Assembly (NCBI GenBank): GCA_046484135.1
Contig: JAWOBU010000193.1
Coordinates: 1-23,519 of the forward strand
Length of the DNA: 23,519 nucleotides
Origin: a bacterium
Lineage (GTDB): Bacteria > RBG-13-61-14 > DATKZS01
Direction of reading: 5' to 3'
The notes under the pieces are model-generated. The model saw only the letters and a list, made by a program, of their open reading frames with translations, was not told where the DNA came from and ran no database searches. Numbering within the stretch: position 1 is the stretch's first letter; every line of letters begins with the position of its first letter. The position numbers were made by a program, and so were the translations under genes. This document shows, piece after piece, positions 1 through 7,305 of this stretch.

Positions 1-294
1 GCTTACATGAGTACCATTCATAAAGACTCGCCCGCTTACTCCGAAAGCCGGGAGAAAATCAAGAAGGCCTTCCAAGAATATGATCTTAGAACAGATATTA
101 AAAGCCTTTCCGTGAAGGAGGCCTCGGGGGAGGAAGCCAAGGTGGAGTTCGTTCAGGTTACCCGCTCCGCGGGCGGCAAGAAGTACAATGACAACCGGAT
201 GACGGGCGTTCACCTGATGCAGAAATCGCCAGAGGGATGGAAGATATATAAGACCGAAGTAAGAAACATCGAGTACCCGCAAGAAACTCGATGA
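1..294 (+). CDS. 3' part of an NTF2/SnoaL-like fold protein (5'-truncated by the window edge)
   Basis: Frame is open from base 1 (GCT TAC ATG...) to TGA at 292-294. A helix followed by beta-strands ending in 'EGWKIY' resembles the C-terminus of NTF2-like proteins. Confidence 0.55.
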   Translation, partial: AYMSTIHKDSPAYSESREKIKKAFQEYDLRTDIKSLSVKEASGEEAKVEFVQVTRSAGGKKYNDNRMTGVHLMQKSPEGWKIYKTEVRNIEYPQETR

Positions 295-336
295 TATGCT
301 CTGAGCGGTAAATTGTATACGCGGCTGGGGATCAAG

Positions 337-1239
337 ATGATAATAGAGTCAGTGCTGGACGCCATAGGTAACACACCTTTGATGAAGTTCAACCGGATCT
401 CGGAGTTTAATATCTACGCCAAGCTGGAGATGTTAAACCCGGGCGGTTCCATCAAAGACCGGGTGGCAAGACACCTGGTCCGGGAAGCACAGCGAAGCGG
501 AGTCCTGGACCCGGACACCATTATCGTGGAAGCGAGCTCGGGGAACACCGGCATCGGGCTGGTCCTGGTCGGCGTCCAGTTGGGATACCGCGTGGTCATT
601 GTAATGCCGGAGAACATGAGCGAGGAAAGGAAAAAGATCATCTCCGCCCTCGGCGGGGAAATGATACTTACTCCAGCGGACAAAAGCCTGGAAGGAGCTC
701 TGGAGAAAGCGTACGAGATCAAGAACTCGGAGCCGAAGGCATGGATGCCCCACCAGTTCGAGAACCCGGGCAACCCGGAGATACACTACCGGGAAACCGC
801 GGCCGAGATATGGGAACAGATGGAGGGCCACATCCACGCCTTTGTGGCGGGAGTGGGAAGCGGCGGCACCTTGCAGGGGGTGGGACAGTTCCTGAAAGAA
901 AAAGACCCGCGCATCATGGTGGTGGCGGTCGAGCCCAAGAACTCGGCCGCGCTGTTAGGACATGAACCTGGACTGCACCAGATACAGGGAATTGGAGACG
1001 GGTTTATACCAGCGGTCCTGGACGTGGAGATGATTGATGACGTCATAACCGTGACCGACGATGACGCCGTATACAGCGCCAGAAAGCTGGCCTCGGAAGA
1101 AGGGATGCTCGCCGGCACCAGCTCCGGCGCGAACGTATGGGCGGCCATAAAGCTCGCGGAAAAACTCGGAGACGGGTGCAACATCGTAACCGTTCTTCCG
1201 GACCGGGCGGAAAGGTATTTCTCGACAAGCCTGATATGA
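337..1239 (+). CDS. cysK: Cysteine synthase A (O-acetylserine sulfhydrylase, PLP-dependent)
   Basis: Motifs IGNTPL, KLEMLNPGGSIKDR (PLP lysine), EASSGNTGIG, HQFENPGN, GVGSGGT, HQIQGIG, GTSSGAN, LPDRAERYFST. ATG 337 preferred over TTG 313. Confidence 0.93.
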   Translation: MIIESVLDAIGNTPLMKFNRISEFNIYAKLEMLNPGGSIKDRVARHLVREAQRSGVLDPDTIIVEASSGNTGIGLVLVGVQLGYRVVIVMPENMSEERKKIISALGGEMILTPADKSLEGALEKAYEIKNSEPKAWMPHQFENPGNPEIHYRETAAEIWEQMEGHIHAFVAGVGSGGTLQGVGQFLKEKDPRIMVVAVEPKNSAALLGHEPGLHQIQGIGDGFIPAVLDVEMIDDVITVTDDDAVYSARKLASEEGMLAGTSSGANVWAAIKLAEKLGDGCNIVTVLPDRAERYFSTSLI

Positions 1240-1325
1240 GCCTGATGTAAGGCCCTCGCAAACTTGTTTGAACACCTCCGTGATAATAAGTTTTATCCGG
1301 TGTTAGAACAGAGCCATTATAGGAC

Positions 1326-1354
1326 TTGCTTTTTTTTGCAATTTTTGTTATGAT
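1326..1354 (+). promoter_or_regulatory. Candidate sigma70 promoter for the XRE-immA-epmA-lpdA unit
   Basis: TTGCTT (1326-1331), 17 bp spacer, TATGAT (1349-1354) with an extended -10 TG at 1346-1347, in an AT-rich intergenic region. Confidence 0.55.
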
Positions 1355-1507
1355 ATTTTGCTATACAGCATTTTATGGATACGGTTGAAAAGCATGGGCT
1401 GAAGTAATCTGCTCAACAGGGATATATGGTTTACAACAGTCGGTTTTATCTTTTAGGACCGAAAAGGAATTAACCACCAAAAAAAACTGGAGACAGGAAG
1501 TGCGATC

Positions 1508-1969
1508 ATGAAAAACACAAAGAAAAAAGACCCGAAAACATTGGGCGAGAGGATTCGTTACCTGCGGGGTGATCTGACCCAATCGGAGTTTGCCGACATC
1601 CTGCGGATCAAGCAGGCCATGGTCAGCCGCTATGAAGCGGACAAGGAAACTCCGTCACCCAAGGTGTTGCTCCGGATCGCCCAATTCTGCGGCAGGCCCA
1701 TGGAATGGCTCCTTACCGGGGAGGACACGGTCTCGAGCTCGGCAGGCGAAGACCAGGTCAAAAGGATTGGAGCCAAAGCCACCCGCCACATGACCAGGGA
1801 GGACCTGGTGGAAGTGGCTTCCGGCTACATCCGCGACACCCACATCCCGGAAGCGGAAGAGTTCATCCAGATGATGAAAGACTGCTTCAACGACAGAAAG
1901 AAACTAAGAAAAACCCTGGACTTTTACAAGTACTTAAGGTTCGAGGAGAATGCCGGACCGGGAAAATGA
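1508..1969 (+). CDS. XRE/HTH_3-family transcriptional regulator (ImmR-like)
   Basis: LGERIRYLRGDLTQSEFADILRIKQAMVSRYEADKETPSPKVLLRIA...WLLTG is a canonical Cro/C1-type HTH. AGGAAG lies upstream of the ATG. Confidence 0.9.
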   Translation: MKNTKKKDPKTLGERIRYLRGDLTQSEFADILRIKQAMVSRYEADKETPSPKVLLRIAQFCGRPMEWLLTGEDTVSSSAGEDQVKRIGAKATRHMTREDLVEVASGYIRDTHIPEAEEFIQMMKDCFNDRKKLRKTLDFYKYLRFEENAGPGK

Positions 1970-2492
1970 AATCATATCTATCGTGACCTTTATACATAGC
2001 AGAATCGGGTTCCGGGATCCTCCTTTCTCCTTGCTGGACTTCTGCGGCGCGTTTAAGAACTATGATCTGCAACCAGCGGATATGCCCCGGGGATTCAACG
2101 GCGAAATCCTGAGCAAAGGGAAAAATAAAATTATTCGCTACCGCGCCGGATCAAAACCGGCCACCAACCGGTTCGCCATCGGACACGAGATAGGACACGG
2201 CTTTCTTCACGAAGACCAGGAGTTCCAATGCAAGGTGAGCGCAAACTTCAGCATCTTCAAGCCGCCGCCCGGAGACTCGCGCGAATGGGAAGCGGACTTT
2301 TTCTCCGCGGAGCTCCTTATCCCTATGCCGGTACTGAACCGGCTGGTCCACGATCTGGACAAGCTATCCGACCAGGAGTATGACCGCGAGGTTTCAAGGC
2401 TTGCCGACATCTTCGGAGTGACCACGGCAACCATGAAAACCCGTTTCCAGGACCTTAAGAAAATGCGCGAATGGGAGTGCGAGTACCTGTGA
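1950..2492 (+). CDS. ImmA/IrrE-family Zn metallopeptidase
   Basis: RFAIGHEIGHGFLH (HExxH) and REWEADFFSAELLIP signatures, C-terminal LADIFGVT HTH-like helix, GAGGAG RBS. Overlaps the XRE gene by 20 nt. Confidence 0.88.
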   Translation: MPDRENEIISIVTFIHSRIGFRDPPFSLLDFCGAFKNYDLQPADMPRGFNGEILSKGKNKIIRYRAGSKPATNRFAIGHEIGHGFLHEDQEFQCKVSANFSIFKPPPGDSREWEADFFSAELLIPMPVLNRLVHDLDKLSDQEYDREVSRLADIFGVTTATMKTRFQDLKKMREWECEYL

Positions 2493-3433
2493 ATCAGCGG
2501 ATGGAAAATTACCTCCGCCGTATGCAACTTCAATCATCTCTTCACCAGGTCCTGCAAAGAAAAGGCTACCAACAGGTTGTCACCCGCTGTTTACAAGCTG
2601 AAGCAGGAACCGATCCCCACGTCGAACCCTTCCACCTGCACTATGAGCCCGCCATGGACCAGAGAGCCGAAAAAGGCGAACTGTTCCTACATACATCCCC
2701 CGAGTTCGACATGAAACGGCTTATCTGCCGCGGCATGAAAGACATCTACCAGATAGGACCGGTCTTCCGGCAGGGAGAGCTGAGCGAATACCACACGCCA
2801 GAGTTCACCATGGCCGAGTGGTACCGCACCGGCTGGACCTGGACCGAGCTCATGGAGGAAGTCGAAAGCCTGGTAGTCGAGCTATTGGGAGATTCCATCT
2901 TGTTTAAAGGAAGAACCATCAAACTTGCGACACCGTTCCCTCGGGTTGAGGTAATTCATGCATTACAGGAAGCAGGGGTTGACACTTTGCAGTGGCAAAA
3001 ACTTGCTCCTCCTGATTACGCCGAGGCCTTTTACCAGGCGGTTGTAGAGAAGCTCCAGCCCTGGCTGGATCTGAAAGGACCTCTCTTTCTTACCGGATTT
3101 CCCGCTCCCCTCGCTCTCCTGGCTGAGCTCCAGGACAAAGAACCCATGCTGTCCCAGCGCTTTGAGCTTTTCATAGCAGGTGTAGAGCTGGCAAACGGAT
3201 GCACAGAGCTCACCGACCCTGCTGAGCATAAAAAACGATTTCAGGAAGACACCGCCATAAGAAAAAGGCTCGGCAAAAACCCCCTTCCCTTTCCCCAAAA
3301 ACTGTACGATGATATAAAGGAATTCGGGTTGCCTCCCTGCGCAGGAGTGGCGCTCGGAGAGGACCGGCTCGCCATGCTCGCGACCGGAGCGGAAAATATC
3401 GAACAGGTCCAGGCCCTGCCTTTTGCGGATTGA
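2489..3433 (+). CDS. epmA: EF-P lysine aminoacylase EpmA (GenX/PoxA)
   Basis: LysRS-like catalytic domain without an anticodon-binding domain: GTDPHVEPF, LHTSPEFDMKRL, FRQGE...HTPEFTMAEWYR, RFELFIAGVELANG, PPCAGVALG. Start uncertain (GTG 2489 overlapping the upstream TGA, or ATG 2471/2501). Confidence 0.88.
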   Translation: MNQRMENYLRRMQLQSSLHQVLQRKGYQQVVTRCLQAEAGTDPHVEPFHLHYEPAMDQRAEKGELFLHTSPEFDMKRLICRGMKDIYQIGPVFRQGELSEYHTPEFTMAEWYRTGWTWTELMEEVESLVVELLGDSILFKGRTIKLATPFPRVEVIHALQEAGVDTLQWQKLAPPDYAEAFYQAVVEKLQPWLDLKGPLFLTGFPAPLALLAELQDKEPMLSQRFELFIAGVELANGCTELTDPAEHKKRFQEDTAIRKRLGKNPLPFPQKLYDDIKEFGLPPCAGVALGEDRLAMLATGAENIEQVQALPFAD

Positions 3434-3473
3434 TTCCGTGGTTTGCGGAAACTCGACTCATCGGAGGAAGTAA

Positions 3474-4862
3474 ATGGATTATGACCTTTTTATAATAGGC
3501 GCTGGCCCCGCGGGATACTCGGGCGCCCTTCACGCCGCTCGGGCAGGCATGGAGGTCGCTATAGCCGAAAAACATCGGCCGGGCGGGACCTGCCTGAACT
3601 CCGGGTGTATCCCCAGCAAGGCGCTTCGCCATTGTGCTGACACTCTGCTTTCCGCCCGGGACGCCTCCCGGTTCGGAGTGGAAGTAAGCGGGAAAATAAA
3701 CTTTGATTTTGCTGAAGCCGCACAACACCGGGACCGGACGGTCGAGTCTCTGGTATCGGGGGTCAACTCTCTTCTCAAAACCCGTAAGGTAACCGTTTAT
3801 GAAGGAGAGGCCCGGCTTGCCGGAAATTCCCGAATCGAGATTGCCACCAGGAACGGACCAGTAAATGTATCGGCAAAAAACATTATCATCGCCGCCGGCT
3901 CCGGGCCTTCCGACCTGCCGGGAATCAAAATAGACCAGAAACGCATCATGTCCGCGGACCGGGCCCTGCTTCTTACCGAGCTACCCGACAGCATGATTAT
4001 CGTGGGCGGTGGTGTGTTCGGGTGCGAGTTCGCAGACCTCATGAACGCCTTCGGGGTCAAGGTTACGGTCATCGAGGCCATGGAGCGGGTTCTTCTTACC
4101 GAAGACAAGTCCACCGCCCGCGCCGTGCAAAAGGTCCTGGCAGGCCGTGGAATCGAGTTTATTACCGGGACTGCGGCCGAGGAAGTGACGTTCCGGGATG
4201 AGCTTGTCTCCTGCCGTCTTCCCGATGGCCGGGAGATAAAAGCTGATCTCATGGTCATAAGCGTAGGCCGCAAGCCCGCCCTTTCCGGGCTGGGACTGGA
4301 AGAAGCGGGAGTGGAGATAGAGAACGGAGCGATCAAGACGGACGAGAGCGGCCGGACCAATGTACCCGGCATCTGGGCGGCGGGGGACGCCATAGGCGCG
4401 CCCATGCTGGCCCACACCGCCACTCACGAGATGGAGGTCGTAATAGACAACATCCTGGGAAAGAGAAGGGAGTTCGACAGGAGCGCCGTGCCGTGGGTTA
4501 CCTTTGTCCGGCCCGAGGTCGCCACCGTGGGGATAAGGGAGGACACCGCCCGCAGCCGGAACATACCCACAGACGTGGGCAGGTTCTCCTATGCCGCTTC
4601 CGGCAAGGCCCGCTGCATGGGCGAAACCGAAGGCTCGGCCAAGGTCATCGCCCGAAAAGACGACGGCCTTATCCTGGGAGCCACCGTGATCGGCGCCCGC
4701 GCCGGAGAGCTCGTGCACGAGATATCAGTGGCATTAAAAGCGGGCATGAAAGCGGATGACTTCCGCGAGATCATCCACGCCCACCCTACCCTGTCCGAGA
4801 TCATGCAGGAGACGGTAGCCGACATAAAAGGCATGGCCGTGCACAAGGCGGGCCGGAGGTAA
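3474..4862 (+). CDS. lpdA: Dihydrolipoyl dehydrogenase (E3)
   Basis: IIGAGPAGY FAD motif, GGTCLNSGCIPSK redox disulfide, GGGVFGCE NAD motif, MLAH, HAHPTLSE. GGAGG RBS upstream. Confidence 0.92.
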   Translation: MDYDLFIIGAGPAGYSGALHAARAGMEVAIAEKHRPGGTCLNSGCIPSKALRHCADTLLSARDASRFGVEVSGKINFDFAEAAQHRDRTVESLVSGVNSLLKTRKVTVYEGEARLAGNSRIEIATRNGPVNVSAKNIIIAAGSGPSDLPGIKIDQKRIMSADRALLLTELPDSMIIVGGGVFGCEFADLMNAFGVKVTVIEAMERVLLTEDKSTARAVQKVLAGRGIEFITGTAAEEVTFRDELVSCRLPDGREIKADLMVISVGRKPALSGLGLEEAGVEIENGAIKTDESGRTNVPGIWAAGDAIGAPMLAHTATHEMEVVIDNILGKRREFDRSAVPWVTFVRPEVATVGIREDTARSRNIPTDVGRFSYAASGKARCMGETEGSAKVIARKDDGLILGATVIGARAGELVHEISVALKAGMKADDFREIIHAHPTLSEIMQETVADIKGMAVHKAGRR

Positions 4863-4879
4863 TAGTGTCAGGCCAAGGC

Positions 4880-4908
4880 TGGACAGAGTTTAGCTGAAGC
4901 GATAATAT
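4880..4908 (+). promoter_or_regulatory. Candidate sigma70 promoter for the small protein/nucleotidyltransferase pair
   Basis: TGGACA (4880-4885), 17 bp spacer, TAATAT (4903-4908). Confidence 0.45.
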
Positions 4909-4969
4909 AAACATCAAGCATGAATTTCATAACGGTTCTCCGGAACGCGCAGGAACAAGGTAATAGCCG

Positions 4970-5173
4970 ATGGAAGACGACATTCCGCGACTGGACAAGT
5001 CAAAGCTCACGGTAAGCTCCCTGGACGACGCAAGCCACGACAAAGAATACTGGCTGTCCCGGACGCCTGTCGAACGTCTGAACGCTGTCGAGTGGAACCG
5101 AAGGATGGTTTATGGAGAAGATAAAACTTCAGCCCGACTTCAAAGAGTTCTTGAGGTTGTTAAACTTAAATAA
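4970..5173 (+). CDS. Small hypothetical protein, partner of the downstream nucleotidyltransferase
   Basis: 67 aa with DKEYWLSRTPVERLNAVE and RLQRVLEVV, a pattern I recall upstream of this nucleotidyltransferase type. Overlaps the next gene by 62 nt. Confidence 0.7.
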   Translation: MEDDIPRLDKSKLTVSSLDDASHDKEYWLSRTPVERLNAVEWNRRMVYGEDKTSARLQRVLEVVKLK

Positions 5174-5561
5174 GGTGGAATACCTGGTCGTGGGAGGCTA
5201 CGCCGTGGGACACTACGGATACCCGCGCGCCACCGGAGACCTGGATATCTGGATTGCGCGAACTTATGAAAACGCGGAAAGGGTCGCCCGAGCGGTAATT
5301 GAGTTCGGAATGCCGGCAGACCAGGTCAATGCCGAACTTTTCAGGAAAGAGAACTCAATCGTGCGAATGGGCGTTCCTCCTGTGAAGATTGAAATCATAA
5401 CCGCGGCTTCAGGAGTGGACTTCAAAGAATGCTTTTCCAGGCGCCAAAGCGTGAAGTCGGATGATATGACCGTGAATTTCATATCACTTGCCGATTTGAA
5501 AAAAAATAAAAAGAACGCAGGAAGATTGAAAGACCTGCAGGATATCGAAAATCTGCCTTAA
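5112..5561 (+). CDS. Small nucleotidyltransferase (DUF6036/AbiEii-like; putative TA component)
   Basis: DFKEFLRLLN...YLVVGGYAVGHYGYPRATGDLDIWI (GG...R.T.DxD pol-beta motif) and C-terminal LKKNK...GRLKDLQD. Confidence 0.85.
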   Translation: MEKIKLQPDFKEFLRLLNLNKVEYLVVGGYAVGHYGYPRATGDLDIWIARTYENAERVARAVIEFGMPADQVNAELFRKENSIVRMGVPPVKIEIITAASGVDFKECFSRRQSVKSDDMTVNFISLADLKKNKKNAGRLKDLQDIENLP

Positions 5562-5618
5562 CCCTCTTGCGGCCGAACCTTTACGGGTGATGGACCAAAC
5601 CAGTAATGGATTGACAGC

Positions 5619-6986
5619 TTACCTCGCGGCAAGATGTTCCGTCCCGAACCGCACGAAAACCGGGTTGGTGAAGAGCTCGCTCTCTGGACGGGTCTCATAA
5701 GATTCCCCTTTTTTGCGCTTTCGAACCGGTCCCTTGACCTCGATCCGATAGAAAGCAGGCTCGCGCTTTTCTCCGAGCTCATGGTCGCGATAGGTGATCT
5801 CCGTGCCCTCCTCCTCTGCTATTACCACCCCGTTCCGGATGAGCCGCACCGTGGTGTTGTCCACCGGGTGGTCCAAGGCAAACCGGACAATCGGCGTGCC
5901 GTCAATATAAACCTCTTCGCCCAGCATGACCCGCTCGGCCGGGTTTTCCGAACCGGACACCCACCACTCGGAAACATAGCTGTCCTGGAAAGACTCGCCC
6001 TGCAAGGCTATCATCCGGCCTTCCCTCATGCAGCGGTAGACTTCTTTTTCGGTGAACTCCTCCATGTAAAACAGGGTGGTCGCTATGGCCAGGCTGCCGT
6101 GCGGGCCGTGGTAGTCGGCGTCCGCTACCGACCACATGGGTTTGTCCCGCATACCGGTCAGGTACTCGAGAAGCACGGTGTCCCACAGTCCGCCGGCCGC
6201 GCCGGTCCGCTGGTGCCAAGCCGCGGGAAGAACGGAGAAAGCTGTGAGACCACGAAGCCGGTGCAGGTTCCGGACCGGCGATGGAGTCACTGCATGGGCC
6301 GCTCCCAGCCACTCGTCCTGGTCGGACTCTACGTGAACGGCGTGGACCATGCCGCCGTTCTCGTTCACGTAGTCCACGAACTCTTGCCAATGAGTTGCGT
6401 CCGGTATCTGTTCGGGTTTGAAATCGGGAAAGTTGCGCCGGATGGGCATATTCTGCAAAACCTCCGCGTCGGAGACGCCATAGACGGTGAAGTGCTGAAA
6501 CAGCCCTCGCAGCACCAGAGCGGGAAACTTGCCCATGTTGTAAAACCAAGGGATGACCTCGACGCCTTCAAGGAGGATCATGCCCTCCTCTTCCGCCTGC
6601 CTCTCGATCTCTTCCAGCCGCTCGTAGTAGGCGTCGTACCCGTGGTTCTCGACTCCGCCTGTTTCGACGCACAAGCCCTTGCCCATGCAGATCGTGCCTT
6701 CCCGGTGGTCGGTAATGGCGAGTATGGCCATGCCCTGCTGTCTGGCGAGCTCGAGAAGCTCCTCCGGCTTACGGCAACCGTCGCTCCAGGTGGTGTGGTT
6801 ATGCAGGGAAGCCCGGGCCACCTTCCACTCTCCCGCCTGGTAAAACCGGGCCCGTTCCGGCTCGCCGCCCCAATCCTTGAGCTCCTTGTGCTTTTTCATG
6901 CCCAGGCTTATGGTGCAGCCGAAAACAAAAAGTAAAGACAACCCAAGAATAACTAAACCGAACCGACCCGTTTTTCCCCAGCCCAT
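5619..6986 (-). CDS. Exported PHP-family metallohydrolase, probable lipoprotein
   Basis: Signal peptide ending VFG-C (lipobox-like). PHP motifs LHNHTTWSDG, ITDH, EGVE, ADADYHG. C-terminal beta-rich domain (VRLIRNGVVI, FYRIEV, FTNPVFV). AGAGGAGG RBS. Confidence 0.8.
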   Translation of the reverse strand: MGWGKTGRFGLVILGLSLLFVFGCTISLGMKKHKELKDWGGEPERARFYQAGEWKVARASLHNHTTWSDGCRKPEELLELARQQGMAILAITDHREGTICMGKGLCVETGGVENHGYDAYYERLEEIERQAEEEGMILLEGVEVIPWFYNMGKFPALVLRGLFQHFTVYGVSDAEVLQNMPIRRNFPDFKPEQIPDATHWQEFVDYVNENGGMVHAVHVESDQDEWLGAAHAVTPSPVRNLHRLRGLTAFSVLPAAWHQRTGAAGGLWDTVLLEYLTGMRDKPMWSVADADYHGPHGSLAIATTLFYMEEFTEKEVYRCMREGRMIALQGESFQDSYVSEWWVSGSENPAERVMLGEEVYIDGTPIVRFALDHPVDNTTVRLIRNGVVIAEEEGTEITYRDHELGEKREPAFYRIEVKGPVRKRKKGESYETRPESELFTNPVFVRFGTEHLAAR

Positions 6987-7054
6987 GATATCCCTCCTCT
7001 TTTTCTTCAGACAGACAAATTATAAACCGGAAAGCCCCCCGTTGAAAGCGGCCC

Positions 7055-7273
7055 GGCAAGGAAGTAAACGTGGTCTCCCGGCTGGAGAGCATCTGCGAGC
7101 CCGAGCACGTCATGGTCAGCAGCACCACCTATGACCTCACCCGCGACCGGATCGAGTACGAGCACCAGGGCGAAGTAAATGTAAAAGGCATTCACACCCC
7201 TTTGAACGTCTACCGGGTGGTTGGTAAAAAACAGGCTCTCTTTATCCGAGACATATTTTCGTCCGCCTGTTGA
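7055..7273 (+). pseudogene. C-terminal remnant of a class III adenylate/guanylate cyclase
   Basis: Translates GKEVNVVSRLESICEPEHVMVSSTTYDL...GEVNVKGIHTPLNVYRV, matching the GxxVNxASRLE...VKG end of the cyclase domain. In-frame TGA at 7043-7045; no room for the N-terminal half. Confidence 0.75.
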
Positions 7274-7305
7274 ACTCCCTCCCGTTTTCCGTTTATATTG
7301 TATCC

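Noticed and set aside
1508..2492. Prophage or ICE suggested by the XRE/ImmA pair
   Set aside because: No integrase, excisionase, att-like repeats, tRNA, phage or conjugation genes nearby.
2489..3433. Lysyl-tRNA synthetase (lysS)
   Set aside because: Too short and lacks the anticodon-binding OB domain; the TSPEF and EWYR motifs indicate EpmA.
5112..5173. Possible frameshifted single gene joining the 67-aa ORF and the nucleotidyltransferase
   Set aside because: Both ORFs look complete with their own starts and stops, and I see no slippery sequence; two overlapping genes is the simpler reading.
5634..6935. 433-aa ORF on + opposite the PHP lipoprotein
   Set aside because: Antisense shadow of a GC-rich gene with no recognisable motifs; the minus-strand ORF has a signal peptide, PHP motifs and an RBS.
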